This document shows positions 20,316 through 29,593 of a stretch of DNA of 64,000 nt, piece by piece. Both the position numbers and the translations under genes were made by a program. Every line of letters starts with the position of its first letter. The first letter of the stretch is position 1. This DNA comes from an uncultured Candidatus Saccharibacteria bacterium. Its GTDB lineage: Bacteria; Patescibacteriota; Dojkabacteria; SC72. Where the stretch lies: positions 267,847-331,846 of the forward strand of contig CAZEQZ010000001.1 of the NCBI GenBank assembly GCA_964514595.1. Reading direction: 5' to 3'. Below the pieces are notes generated by a model that saw only the letters and a list, made by a program, of their open reading frames with translations, was not told the origin of the DNA and ran no database searches.

Positions 20316-20426
20316 CTAAAGTGAAAGCAAAGAGAGTATTATCGGTACTACTATACCGCCTAATAGTATTAATGCGATTGAGATGTTTATTATCTTACTT
20401 AATGTTTGCTTGGTCTTTTTCTTCAT
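20316..20426 (-). CDS. Small single-TM peptide (36 aa, MKKKTKQTLSKIINISIALILLGGIVVPIILSLLSL)
   Basis: Read manually; fills the rel-recG gap on the same strand; basic N-terminus followed by a hydrophobic helix. Confidence 0.6.
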   Translation of the reverse strand: MKKKTKQTLSKIINISIALILLGGIVVPIILSLLSL

Positions 20427-20437
20427 ATCCTATTTTA

Positions 20438-21895
20438 TTACTTTCCTCGGTTTTTTGAAAGCTGTTTTCTTATTTTAAACTTAGAACTTAAAGAATTAAC
20501 ATAATTCAAAGCTTCTGTCCTTTGGTATTTCTTACTCTTATCTGTACGTATCTCTACAATATCCCCAGTTTTCAGAATAGAGGATAGTTTTGTAGTTTTA
20601 CCATTTACCTCTGCAGATACAGCACTGTTCCCTACTTGGGTATGAAGCTTAAATGCAAAATCCAATACAGTATCGTCTTTATTTAAATCTAGTATTTTAC
20701 CTTTAGGTGTGAATGCAAATACCTCATCTTGAAATATACTGCAGTTAATAGGTAGGTCAATTTTACTGTTTCTTTCCTTTCTGTTTTTTTCCATTTGCTT
20801 GTGTATCTTCTCTACCCAATCGTACTGATTTGTGGGTTTGGCATATCTGGATTTAGATGCTTTATATGCTATGTGGGAGGCAGGACCGTATGTGTTGTAG
20901 TAGTACATATCTTCGGTTAGGATTTGAACCTCTATATCTAGATCTGATATTTCTGAGAATTTTATTGGAAATTGTATAGCTTGATATCCATTTGGTTTTG
21001 GATTAGAAATATAGTCATCAAAGAGATCATAGTCTGGTTCTCCATGGTCCATTAATTTTTCTAGAATATGAAAACAGGAATCATCAGTGTCAGTTATTAC
21101 CCTAAAAGCTATTAGGTCATCAACCCTGCTTATGTTTGGATCTATCCACTCTTTCTCATATTTTTTTAGTTTGTTGTATATACTATATTTCCCCTTTATT
21201 CGTCCCTCTATTCTTTTTTTAAAGGGAAGCTCTTTTGTTATTTCAATTAGTGTGTTTTTGTATTTCTCTAATAGAGAATTGTTAATCCCTGCGTCCTGCA
21301 TCTTTTTTGTAATGCTTTCGTATTCTGTGACTAGGTATTCTCTAAAGGCATTCTCCTCTATGTCTTTTTTAATGTGATCAAGATTGAGATACTCTGCCAA
21401 TACAGCATATATATTTAATGCTTTGTGAAGTGCTACTTTACATTCCTGTTGGGGTACTGTCTCTATGGTGCGCATGTCTTCCAAGGTATCTAATATTTTT
21501 ATGATAACTGGTCTGAGATCTTTTGAACTTCCCAATATATATTTAATAATTACTTCATCAGGAGTCTCAGTAGAGAGTGTACAATTTCTAATATCTTCTA
21601 TTTTGAGAAGAATATTAAGTACTTCTTTGCCAAAATTCTTAACAATATACTTTTCGCTTTCCTCATTTAGATGTATTTCATGTAGTATGGCAGATATTGT
21701 GGAGTTTGTATCCATACCATTTTCTATTGTTAGTAGGCTTGTGCTTAGTAGATGAAGTATTAAGGGTTCTCCAGAATATCTCTTTGCTGTTTTGTGATAT
21801 TCGCTTGCATGTTCTATTGATTTTGCAACAACATCCCTAAACTGTGTAGGGATAAGGGAGAGTATCTTCTTTTGTATATCTTCAGGCTTTTCCAT
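20438..21895 (-). CDS. RelA/SpoT homolog (HD-SYNTH-TGS, truncated C-terminus, degenerate motifs)
   Basis: RYSGEP, GRIKGKYSIYNK, DLIAFRV, DYISNPKPNGYQ, FAFTPKG, DFAFKLHTQVG (TGS); ATG at 21895 chosen because it lies downstream of the hairpin. Confidence 0.9.
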   Translation of the reverse strand: MEKPEDIQKKILSLIPTQFRDVVAKSIEHASEYHKTAKRYSGEPLILHLLSTSLLTIENGMDTNSTISAILHEIHLNEESEKYIVKNFGKEVLNILLKIEDIRNCTLSTETPDEVIIKYILGSSKDLRPVIIKILDTLEDMRTIETVPQQECKVALHKALNIYAVLAEYLNLDHIKKDIEENAFREYLVTEYESITKKMQDAGINNSLLEKYKNTLIEITKELPFKKRIEGRIKGKYSIYNKLKKYEKEWIDPNISRVDDLIAFRVITDTDDSCFHILEKLMDHGEPDYDLFDDYISNPKPNGYQAIQFPIKFSEISDLDIEVQILTEDMYYYNTYGPASHIAYKASKSRYAKPTNQYDWVEKIHKQMEKNRKERNSKIDLPINCSIFQDEVFAFTPKGKILDLNKDDTVLDFAFKLHTQVGNSAVSAEVNGKTTKLSSILKTGDIVEIRTDKSKKYQRTEALNYVNSLSSKFKIRKQLSKNRGK

Positions 21896-21901
21896 AATTA
21901 G

Positions 21902-21927
21902 AAAACCCCCTACTTCCACAGGGGGTT
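21902..21927 (-). terminator. Terminator-like hairpin between tyrS and rel
   Basis: Minus strand AACCCCCT-GTGGAAGT-AGGGGGTT followed by TT. Confidence 0.55.
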
Positions 21928-21954
21928 AGATAATATATTATTTCTTTCCCCCTG

Positions 21955-23175
21955 TTATGCTCTATATATCACAGTGCATAACTTTCTCCCAGCTCTAATC
22001 ATTAGAGGTTGAGAGTTCTTGATATCGAGAATGTGATTAAATTGGGTGACTTTCTCATCATTGATTTTAACAGCACCCTGCTCAATTAATCTTTTAGCTT
22101 CTGATTTACTACTTGCGAATTTAATTTCAACAAGAAGTTCATTTAATTGTATTTGCTCTTCTTTAATAGCTATTTCAGGGACATCAACATCCTTCTGCTC
22201 TCCTTGAAATACTGATTCAAAATATTCTTGTGCTTTGTCTGCTTCATCTGCACTAGTTATTTCAGAGGTTATCATATGTGCCAATTCCTTTTTAAGGATC
22301 ATTGGATTTTCTCCAGACTCTACTCTCTCTCTGTATTGCTTGACTTCCTTTAGAGTGGAGTTTGTTAGGATCTCAAATGCATCAACAATCATATCGTCTG
22401 TAAAGGCCATTACTTTACCAAATATTTCTTCTGGTTTATCATTCATTTTAATCATGTTCCCCTCACTCTTCCCCATCTTTGCACCGTCTGGTGTAGTTAG
22501 TAGCTTTCCTGCTAATACAATCTTTTCTTTTCCTAACTCAGACATGATTAATTCCCTTCCTGCCAACATATTGAATAGTTGATCATTACCTCCGACCTCT
22601 ACATCCACATTCATCATTACACAGTCATACCCTTGCATTATGGGGTACATAAATTCACTAATATATATTGGTTTGGCTGTTTCTAATCTCTTTTGAAACA
22701 TCTCCCTTTTAATCATCTGTTGTACTGTGAATTTGGAAGCTAATCGAATAATATCTCCAAAATTGAGAGGTTCTAACCAAGAGCTGTTGTATAGTATCTC
22801 TACGGGATTTTCTTTGTTGTCAATATCTATGATTCTAGATGCTTGTTCACGGTATAATCTCATATTTTCTTCTACCTGCTCTTTAGTCAACATCTGTCTG
22901 GCAGATGTCTTGTCTGAAGGATCTCCTATTCTTGCAGTGAAATCACCTATTAGAAATATAACATGATGACCAAGCTTTCTGAAATCTTCTAACTTCCTCA
23001 TTCCAACGGTATGACCTATGTGAAGTGTATCTGCTGTTGGGTCAAAACCTTGATATATTTTTATTCTTTTTCCTGATTCTAAAAGACTTTTAAGTGCATC
23101 TTTTGAAGGAAGTATATGTTCTACTCCCTTTTCTAATATTCTCTCTATTATTTCTGGATCTTTTCTGACTTCCAT
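21955..23175 (-). CDS. tyrS: Tyrosine--tRNA ligase
   Basis: GFDPTADTLHIGH (HIGH), GGNDQLFN, KMGKS, C-terminal S4 domain SKSEAKRLIEQGAV. Confidence 0.97.
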   Translation of the reverse strand: MEVRKDPEIIERILEKGVEHILPSKDALKSLLESGKRIKIYQGFDPTADTLHIGHTVGMRKLEDFRKLGHHVIFLIGDFTARIGDPSDKTSARQMLTKEQVEENMRLYREQASRIIDIDNKENPVEILYNSSWLEPLNFGDIIRLASKFTVQQMIKREMFQKRLETAKPIYISEFMYPIMQGYDCVMMNVDVEVGGNDQLFNMLAGRELIMSELGKEKIVLAGKLLTTPDGAKMGKSEGNMIKMNDKPEEIFGKVMAFTDDMIVDAFEILTNSTLKEVKQYRERVESGENPMILKKELAHMITSEITSADEADKAQEYFESVFQGEQKDVDVPEIAIKEEQIQLNELLVEIKFASSKSEAKRLIEQGAVKINDEKVTQFNHILDIKNSQPLMIRAGRKLCTVIYRA

Positions 23176-23230
23176 CCCTGCTATTATATATATATTGTTT
23201 TAACTTTTCCACATAGGAAAACAATTTTAA

Positions 23231-24445
23231 TTACTTTTTAATATACTTTTTGTTTTTAAGCTTATCTGGCATACACTGTTGCGCAGACTTTTTATTGGGA
23301 AGATCATGATCATACTCGTATCCCTTGCCATATCCTATCTCTTTCATAAGTTTGGTCTCGGCATTGCGTATATTAAGTGGTACTGGAAGATTACCATACT
23401 GTTCAATATCGCTCTTAACTTCTAACTCTGTCATATATGCGGTATTATCTTTGGGTGCATTAGAAAGATATATCGCAAGTTGAATTAAAAATACTCCGCA
23501 CTCTGGCATACCAATTTTCTGACATGCTTCATATACACTGTTTGCCAAAACTAATGCATTAGGATCAGCATTTCCCACATCTTCACTGGCAAATCTAAGT
23601 AGTCTCCTTGCAACGTATAGTGGGTCTTCTCCTGCTTGGAGCATTCTCCCCACCCAATATGAAGCAGCATCAGGATTAGATGAGCGCATAGACTTGTGTA
23701 TGGCGGATATTATGTTGTAGTGTTCCTCCCCGTTTTTGTCATAGTATATGGGTTTTTGTATTGTATTTTGTAGTATCTCTTCTGTTACCTTTGCTTTCTT
23801 ATTCTCCTCCTTTTGTGCTAATGCTAGGGTTGTTGCCATTTCCAATATATTAAGTCCTGATCGGATGTCTCCGTTAGAAAGATTAGCCATAGTTTGGAGT
23901 TCCTTTTTACCAATAGTTACATCAGGGAATTCTTTCTTAGCTACTTTCTTAAGTAGTTTGAATATATCTTCTTCGCTTTGTTGTTTGAATACAAATACTT
24001 TTGTTCGGGAAAGAAGTGGAGAATTAACCGTGAAGGAGGGGTTTTCTGTAGTTGCTCCTATTAATATTATGACTCCCTTCTCTACGTATGGTAGGAGTGC
24101 ATCCTGTTGTGCTTTGTTCCATCTGTGTATTTCATCTAGAAAGAGTATTGTTTTTTTCCCGTATTGTTGGTTAGAGAGTGCAATTTTAATAATTTTTCTA
24201 AGATGATCTTTGCCAGCAGTTACTGCTTGGAGTTTGTGAAAATCGTAGTATAGGTTTAGGGATATAATGTATGCAAGTGTAGTTTTTCCTGTTCCGGGAG
24301 GTCCCCAGAATATCATAGATGGTATGTTTTTACTGTCCAAGAATTTCTTAATGGGGCCATTTTCTCCTACTAGATGTTCTTGGCCAACAAATTCATCTAA
24401 TGTCTTTGGTCTGTATTTTGATGCTAATGGTTCATATATTCCCAT
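23231..24445 (-). CDS. rarA: Replication-associated recombination protein A (MgsA/RarA AAA+ ATPase)
   Basis: PLASKYRP, WGPPGTGKTT, DEIHRWNKAQQD, GATTENPSF, SAIHKSMRSS, ASEDVGNAD. Confidence 0.95.
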   Translation of the reverse strand: MGIYEPLASKYRPKTLDEFVGQEHLVGENGPIKKFLDSKNIPSMIFWGPPGTGKTTLAYIISLNLYYDFHKLQAVTAGKDHLRKIIKIALSNQQYGKKTILFLDEIHRWNKAQQDALLPYVEKGVIILIGATTENPSFTVNSPLLSRTKVFVFKQQSEEDIFKLLKKVAKKEFPDVTIGKKELQTMANLSNGDIRSGLNILEMATTLALAQKEENKKAKVTEEILQNTIQKPIYYDKNGEEHYNIISAIHKSMRSSNPDAASYWVGRMLQAGEDPLYVARRLLRFASEDVGNADPNALVLANSVYEACQKIGMPECGVFLIQLAIYLSNAPKDNTAYMTELEVKSDIEQYGNLPVPLNIRNAETKLMKEIGYGKGYEYDHDLPNKKSAQQCMPDKLKNKKYIKK

Positions 24446-24488
24446 GTACTATTATATCGTTATTTCTATGTGGTTGGTATAATTAGGA

Positions 24489-24914
24489 ATGGATAGGAAT
24501 TTTATGGAATGGTTTAGAAATAAGAAGGATGAGAAAAGTCCGGAAGCAAGAAAGCTAGATTCAGCATTAAGGGAGACTAGTTTAAAGCTTGAGGAGAATT
24601 TAAAAAATTTCGAGCCTAAATCAAAGAGATTATATGATTTAGATGGGAATATGTATTATCCTGATAATGGTTTTAACTCTTTTTCTATTCATGTGGTGAA
24701 TGTTAAGGAGAATAGAGAGGAGGAAATAAGCAGTACTAGGAAATATACGGGTTATGTAATTAAAAAGATTGATTATAGTATGAAGCCATTAGAATATGAT
24801 TATGATAGGTATTCAGGTATTGTGACTGAGAATTTTAATAGAATTATGAATGATGTAAATGAATTGATTGATAGGTATGAAGGGACAGATACAGATGTTG
24901 TTGTAACAGAATAA
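24489..24914 (+). CDS. Hypothetical protein
   Basis: 141-aa ORF filling a gap, with TGgTATAAT 5 nt before the ATG; no recognisable motif. Confidence 0.7.
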   Translation: MDRNFMEWFRNKKDEKSPEARKLDSALRETSLKLEENLKNFEPKSKRLYDLDGNMYYPDNGFNSFSIHVVNVKENREEEISSTRKYTGYVIKKIDYSMKPLEYDYDRYSGIVTENFNRIMNDVNELIDRYEGTDTDVVVTE

Positions 24915-24921
24915 ATAGAAT

Positions 24922-25467
24922 TTACTTGCTGAAGTTTTTATAAATATAAAGAGGCACCTCGTTGCTTAACAATATTTTCTTTTCACCCTGTACTTCCTCT
25001 GCCCCATATCTGTATGAATATACTTCTCCCCCATTCTTAATAAATTCTTCTAACTTAGGTTTTAATATCCCCATACTCTTTTCATCTAGATAACAATATA
25101 CTTTTGTAAAATTTTTTAAATCAACCTTAAATATATCCTCTGCCTCAAATATAATATCTTTAGTTAAAGGAAATTGTATAATTCTTTTTGTCTTGGCAAT
25201 TATTAACATAATTGGAGATATATCATAACCTGTACACTTACATTTGCTAAACCTATGTGCTTTAAGTAGTAATCTTCCATCGCCACTGCCTAAATCTACT
25301 AAACTATCCTCTTTATTAAGCTCCATAATATCCACTATCTCTTCCAATACCTCCTTTGGGGTTTTAAAAAGAGGAACTAAGAATGCATTAATCATTAATG
25401 TGAGTATAAATCCTCCTACTAAAAGTACTACTATCATAACTATTCCCAACGTTATTCCATTTAACAT
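24922..25467 (-). CDS. Membrane-anchored class I SAM-dependent methyltransferase
   Basis: N-terminal TM, VPLFKTP, motif I VDLGSGDGR, GYDISP, VYCYL. Confidence 0.85.
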   Translation of the reverse strand: MLNGITLGIVMIVVLLVGGFILTLMINAFLVPLFKTPKEVLEEIVDIMELNKEDSLVDLGSGDGRLLLKAHRFSKCKCTGYDISPIMLIIAKTKRIIQFPLTKDIIFEAEDIFKVDLKNFTKVYCYLDEKSMGILKPKLEEFIKNGGEVYSYRYGAEEVQGEKKILLSNEVPLYIYKNFSK

Positions 25468-25504
25468 AGTGGTATAATTGTCAAAATATATTAAGTAGTA
25501 CTAG

Positions 25505-26191
25505 ATGATAGACGGAATTTTACTAATTAACAAGGAGGTGGGCATTACATCATATGACGTAATTAGAAGATTAAAGAAGATACTGCCCAAAGGACAAAAG
25601 ATAGGACACGCAGGGACGCTAGATCCCTTTGCATCGGGCCTATTAATCATTCTTCTTGGGAAATCAACAAAACAGATGGAAAAGATTCTTAAGATGGAAA
25701 AGGAGTATATAGTTAAAGCTGGGTTTGGATACTGTACAGATACACAGGATAGTACAGGAGAGAAAATTAATGTTTCTAATAGCTCCTCTCCTATTACCGA
25801 GAAGGAGATATTAAGGGAGATACAACAAAATTTCTTGGGTGAGATTAGACAAATGCCTCCTCAATACTCTGCAAAAAAAATAGCAGGTAGAAAGGCGTAT
25901 GAGTATGCAAGAGAGAATGAAAAGGTTATATTAGACGCAAAGCAAATACATGTATATGACTTTAAGTTATTAAATTATGAATGGCCATACGTAGAATTTA
26001 ACATAATCTGTTCAAGTGGAACATATATCAGGACTTTAATAAATGATTTGGGAGAAAACTTAGGAGTATATGCAACAGCTATTGAATTGGTAAGGACAAG
26101 GATTGGGGAATTTACTCTAAAAGATTCGGCTAAATCGGAGAATATTAATGAAGAGATGGAATTAAATTTAGTTAATTTAAACGATGCATAG
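25505..26191 (+). CDS. truB: tRNA pseudouridine(55) synthase
   Basis: [43 protein letters not shown]. Confidence 0.96.
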   Translation: MIDGILLINKEVGITSYDVIRRLKKILPKGQKIGHAGTLDPFASGLLIILLGKSTKQMEKILKMEKEYIVKAGFGYCTDTQDSTGEKINVSNSSSPITEKEILREIQQNFLGEIRQMPPQYSAKKIAGRKAYEYARENEKVILDAKQIHVYDFKLLNYEWPYVEFNIICSSGTYIRTLINDLGENLGVYATAIELVRTRIGEFTLKDSAKSENINEEMELNLVNLNDA

Positions 26192-26876
26192 AGGGAAACT
26201 ATATATTGTAGCTACACCTATTGGAAATTTAGAAGATATTACAATCAGAGCTGTCGATATATTAAAAAGTGTTGCTTTTGTGTTAGCAGAAGATACGAGG
26301 GAGAGTAGAAAGTTGTTTGATAGATATGAGATAGGGACACAGCTAATATCATATAGGGATCAAAATCATGAGAAAATGATAGGTAAGATACTTGAAAAGT
26401 TGGATATGGGATTAGATTTGGCATTAATATCTGATTCAGGAACTCCTTTAATCTCAGATCCAGGATACAAGCTTGTGAGGCATCTTAGACAGTTAGAGTA
26501 TGAGGTTGTATCCATACCAGGAGCTTCTGCTCTGACATCGGCCTTATCTATTAGTGGATTACCAACAGACAGATTTGTTTTCTTAGGATTTTTACCCAAA
26601 AGTGATAGTAAAAGAGAAGAGATAATTAAACAGTATATGAATTTGCATAACACATTGGTTATATATGAATCACCAAAGCGTCTTCTAAGACTTATGTATT
26701 TACTTAACGAAATATTGGGAGAGGTTTATATATTTCTTGCAAAAGACATGACTAAACTTAGAGAAAGGCACTTACATGGGAAAATATCAAATGTGGTAGA
26801 CATTTTGCAAAAAGAAGAATTCTCGAAAAATCCTCGTGGAGAATTTGTTTGTATAGTTAATCCTGTTAAAGATTAA
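26184..26876 (+). CDS. rsmI: 16S rRNA C1402 2'-O-methyltransferase
   Basis: LYIVATPIGNLEDIT, AEDTR, SDSGTPLISDPG, FLGFLP, YESPKR. Confidence 0.96.
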   Translation: MHRGKLYIVATPIGNLEDITIRAVDILKSVAFVLAEDTRESRKLFDRYEIGTQLISYRDQNHEKMIGKILEKLDMGLDLALISDSGTPLISDPGYKLVRHLRQLEYEVVSIPGASALTSALSISGLPTDRFVFLGFLPKSDSKREEIIKQYMNLHNTLVIYESPKRLLRLMYLLNEILGEVYIFLAKDMTKLRERHLHGKISNVVDILQKEEFSKNPRGEFVCIVNPVKD

Positions 26877-27747
26877 GGAAAAGCTTCTCATAATTACTAT
26901 CTGTTACAGCTTCTAATTCTCCTACAGATATATTTTTTATTAATGCAGCTGTCTCCATAATTTCTCTCACATGAGATGGTTTAGCATATTTCTCTTTGAT
27001 TTTTTTATTCTTTCGTATTGATTGTGGAGGGAGAAAGGGACCATCTGTTTCAAAGAGGATTCTCGCTAGCGGTACTTTTTTTAATATTTCTCTTACATTC
27101 TCTCCGCTTTTGTATGTTATTATTGCATTAAAACCTATATGAAAGCCTAAATTCAATATGTCCTCTACAGATTCCAATCCTCCCGTATAGCTATGAAAGC
27201 AACCCTTTAATTGTCCTCTACCCTCTTTTGCAACTATATTAATAACATCCTTAACACATTGCTGCTTCCCGTTTTCATCACGTGCATGAATACTAAGTGG
27301 AAGGTTGTTTTCTTTAGCTAATTTAAGATGTGTTTTGAATGAATCTATTTGTATCTCTTTTATCTTCTCCCTATCTCCCTCGTTCATACTTTTGTTTAAA
27401 GTATATTGGTAGTAGTCTAATCCAGTTTCCCCGATAGCGGATAGATCAGATATATTTTTATCAAAGAGCTCTTTAAATTGCGTTATATATTTTTCACAAA
27501 CCTTATCTAGATTAGTTGTAATCTCCTTGCAGAAAGTTACCTCCTCAAAGAATGAAGGATGCAGTCCTAAAGCTACTTGTATAATACCTGGATATTTTTT
27601 TGCGAATTTGATTGTATCATCGAAATCTAGAATATCTGTCCCCTGTGTTAGTATATATTTCCCCCCTGTATCTATAAATTCCTGTATAACTTGATCCAAG
27701 TTTGAATTTAAGGGCTCAAGTGCTAAATGTATATGTGAATCGTGCAT
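26866..27747 (-). CDS. TatD family metallo-hydrolase/DNase
   Basis: DSHIH, GLHP, IGETGLDY, IHARD, FHSY, ETDGPFL. Confidence 0.93.
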   Translation of the reverse strand: MHDSHIHLALEPLNSNLDQVIQEFIDTGGKYILTQGTDILDFDDTIKFAKKYPGIIQVALGLHPSFFEEVTFCKEITTNLDKVCEKYITQFKELFDKNISDLSAIGETGLDYYQYTLNKSMNEGDREKIKEIQIDSFKTHLKLAKENNLPLSIHARDENGKQQCVKDVINIVAKEGRGQLKGCFHSYTGGLESVEDILNLGFHIGFNAIITYKSGENVREILKKVPLARILFETDGPFLPPQSIRKNKKIKEKYAKPSHVREIMETAALIKNISVGELEAVTDSNYEKLFLNL

Positions 27748-27811
27748 AGATTGATTTTATCATATATTAAAATAATAAACTTAGGGTAGATAGAGGTGGA
27801 AATATGGTAAA

Positions 27812-28531
27812 ATGTACTCTGTTATGAGCAAGGTAAAGCAAAAGAATTGGTTGGTATTGATAACGGTGTTTCTTTTTTCAGCAACAGCAGTACTGTTGTT
27901 TATAAACACTAAAAGAAATTTAGGAATAGGAATATGTTTGCATGAGGGTGTTGAATATCGACAAAATGAAATAATTCCGAATTACTTAGGGAAAAATAAT
28001 TGCTACTGCTCCTGGGATAGTAAAATAGAGTGTGATGATGAGGATGGAATATCGTATGAGTCATTTACATCCGAATCTTTACAATTTTCATATAGTTTTA
28101 GGAATTTCTTAGAGAAAGATACTCCAGATTTCTCTAAAATTACTTTATCGGATATTGAGTATAGTGAGGGTGGATTGAAAGTTGTCTTAGACAGGGAAGC
28201 GTTGTGTAGTATTAATGGGGAAGCCCCAACGCAGGTAGGTATGTATGAATTAGGAAATGAGCAATTACTGCTGACCTCTATCACAAACAGGGATGCATCT
28301 TTGTATATGAGAAGTTGTGTAATAGGCAATACTTTTGTTCTGGAAGGTTTCTCTCTGGAGGAAAAAGATGAATTCAAGGTCTTGTATATCAATGAGGCAG
28401 GATTTATGTATGATCTTAAGGCATGTTTCTCTAATGGGAAGTTGTATGCGACAGGAGATGTTTTTAAGGATGTGAAGAATAATATGCTATGTACATGTGA
28501 AGAAGATGGTGTGAAGTGTGAGGACTTATAG
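27812..28531 (+). CDS. Membrane-anchored extracellular protein with two Cys-rich (FN1/VWC-like) modules
   Basis: N-terminal TM; two C-x21-C-x-C-x6/7-C modules, each with a G-x-x-Y motif. Confidence 0.75.
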   Translation: MYSVMSKVKQKNWLVLITVFLFSATAVLLFINTKRNLGIGICLHEGVEYRQNEIIPNYLGKNNCYCSWDSKIECDDEDGISYESFTSESLQFSYSFRNFLEKDTPDFSKITLSDIEYSEGGLKVVLDREALCSINGEAPTQVGMYELGNEQLLLTSITNRDASLYMRSCVIGNTFVLEGFSLEEKDEFKVLYINEAGFMYDLKACFSNGKLYATGDVFKDVKNNMLCTCEEDGVKCEDL

Positions 28532-29554
28532 CAATCCTACATAGAGACCGATTATGCATGTCAGTATTGTAAATAGCCAAAATCGCATAGTTACTTTATA
28601 CTGAGGCCATCCATTAGCTTGAAAGTGGTGATGTATCGGAGCTATCTTGAATACTCTCTTTTTGAAAAACCTCATACTGAACATCTGTATAGCGCTTGAT
28701 GCCATGATTAGCCAAGTAATTGATGTCATAACAAAATATGCGGGAATATTATTTGTTACCAAAGCAACAAAAAACATAGTATATCCTAGTGGCATAGCAC
28801 CTGGGCCACCATTCCAAAATCTTGCTGGAGGTATATTGAAATAAAGATCAATTACCTGCACACCTAATATTATGAATAGTATCGGAACAAATTCATACTT
28901 ACCTTGAATAGTGAGTAGGAAAATAAATGCAAAATTTATTATTGTAAATATTCCCATCATCAATCCGTCTGCACCATCTGTTAATTCTGCTGCATAAATT
29001 GCAAACTGCCCTACCGCTCCTATGATAACCAGAATTAATGGTGTGATGTTAATTAGTAACAGATCGAACAAAGATATACTTGTGAATTGTCCTGTTCTGT
29101 ATAGTAGCCACATGACTAGAATATTTAATAAAATCGAGAAGGTAAGCTTTCCAATTCTCCATTCAAATGTCTCTTGAAAAGCACGCATTTTCTCATTATG
29201 CTTAAAACCATTTGTGAATACTACAACGTCTATAAAGCCCCAGAAACCAAAAAGAAGGAAACCAAATAGAAAAACTTTAACAATGGGGGTCATTGTTATT
29301 GTCAATAAAATTACTAAGGGTACTATAATCCATATTAATATTCCTCCCATGTTTGGAGTTCCATTGGTAGTAGAAGATTTCATAATCTTCATAAATAGGG
29401 TATTATCACCATCTCCTGCCCCTATTTTAGATTTGGTAAGACCACTTACCTGATTAAATTTATACAAAATAGAAATCATAATTGGGGCAAATATCGCAGA
29501 GATGGCTGTAGCTAGAAACAGTGTTTCAAGTCCTTTTTTCAAAACATCTATCAT
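28526..29554 (-). CDS. mraY: Phospho-N-acetylmuramoyl-pentapeptide transferase (divergent)
   Basis: GTPNMGG, TDGADGL, FKIAPIHHHF; multi-TM; dcw context. Confidence 0.88.
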   Translation of the reverse strand: MIDVLKKGLETLFLATAISAIFAPIMISILYKFNQVSGLTKSKIGAGDGDNTLFMKIMKSSTTNGTPNMGGILIWIIVPLVILLTITMTPIVKVFLFGFLLFGFWGFIDVVVFTNGFKHNEKMRAFQETFEWRIGKLTFSILLNILVMWLLYRTGQFTSISLFDLLLINITPLILVIIGAVGQFAIYAAELTDGADGLMMGIFTIINFAFIFLLTIQGKYEFVPILFIILGVQVIDLYFNIPPARFWNGGPGAMPLGYTMFFVALVTNNIPAYFVMTSITWLIMASSAIQMFSMRFFKKRVFKIAPIHHHFQANGWPQYKVTMRFWLFTILTCIIGLYVGLL

Positions 29555-29593
29555 TAGAATCTTTATATTTAAAGTTATTCCGTTATTATTATC

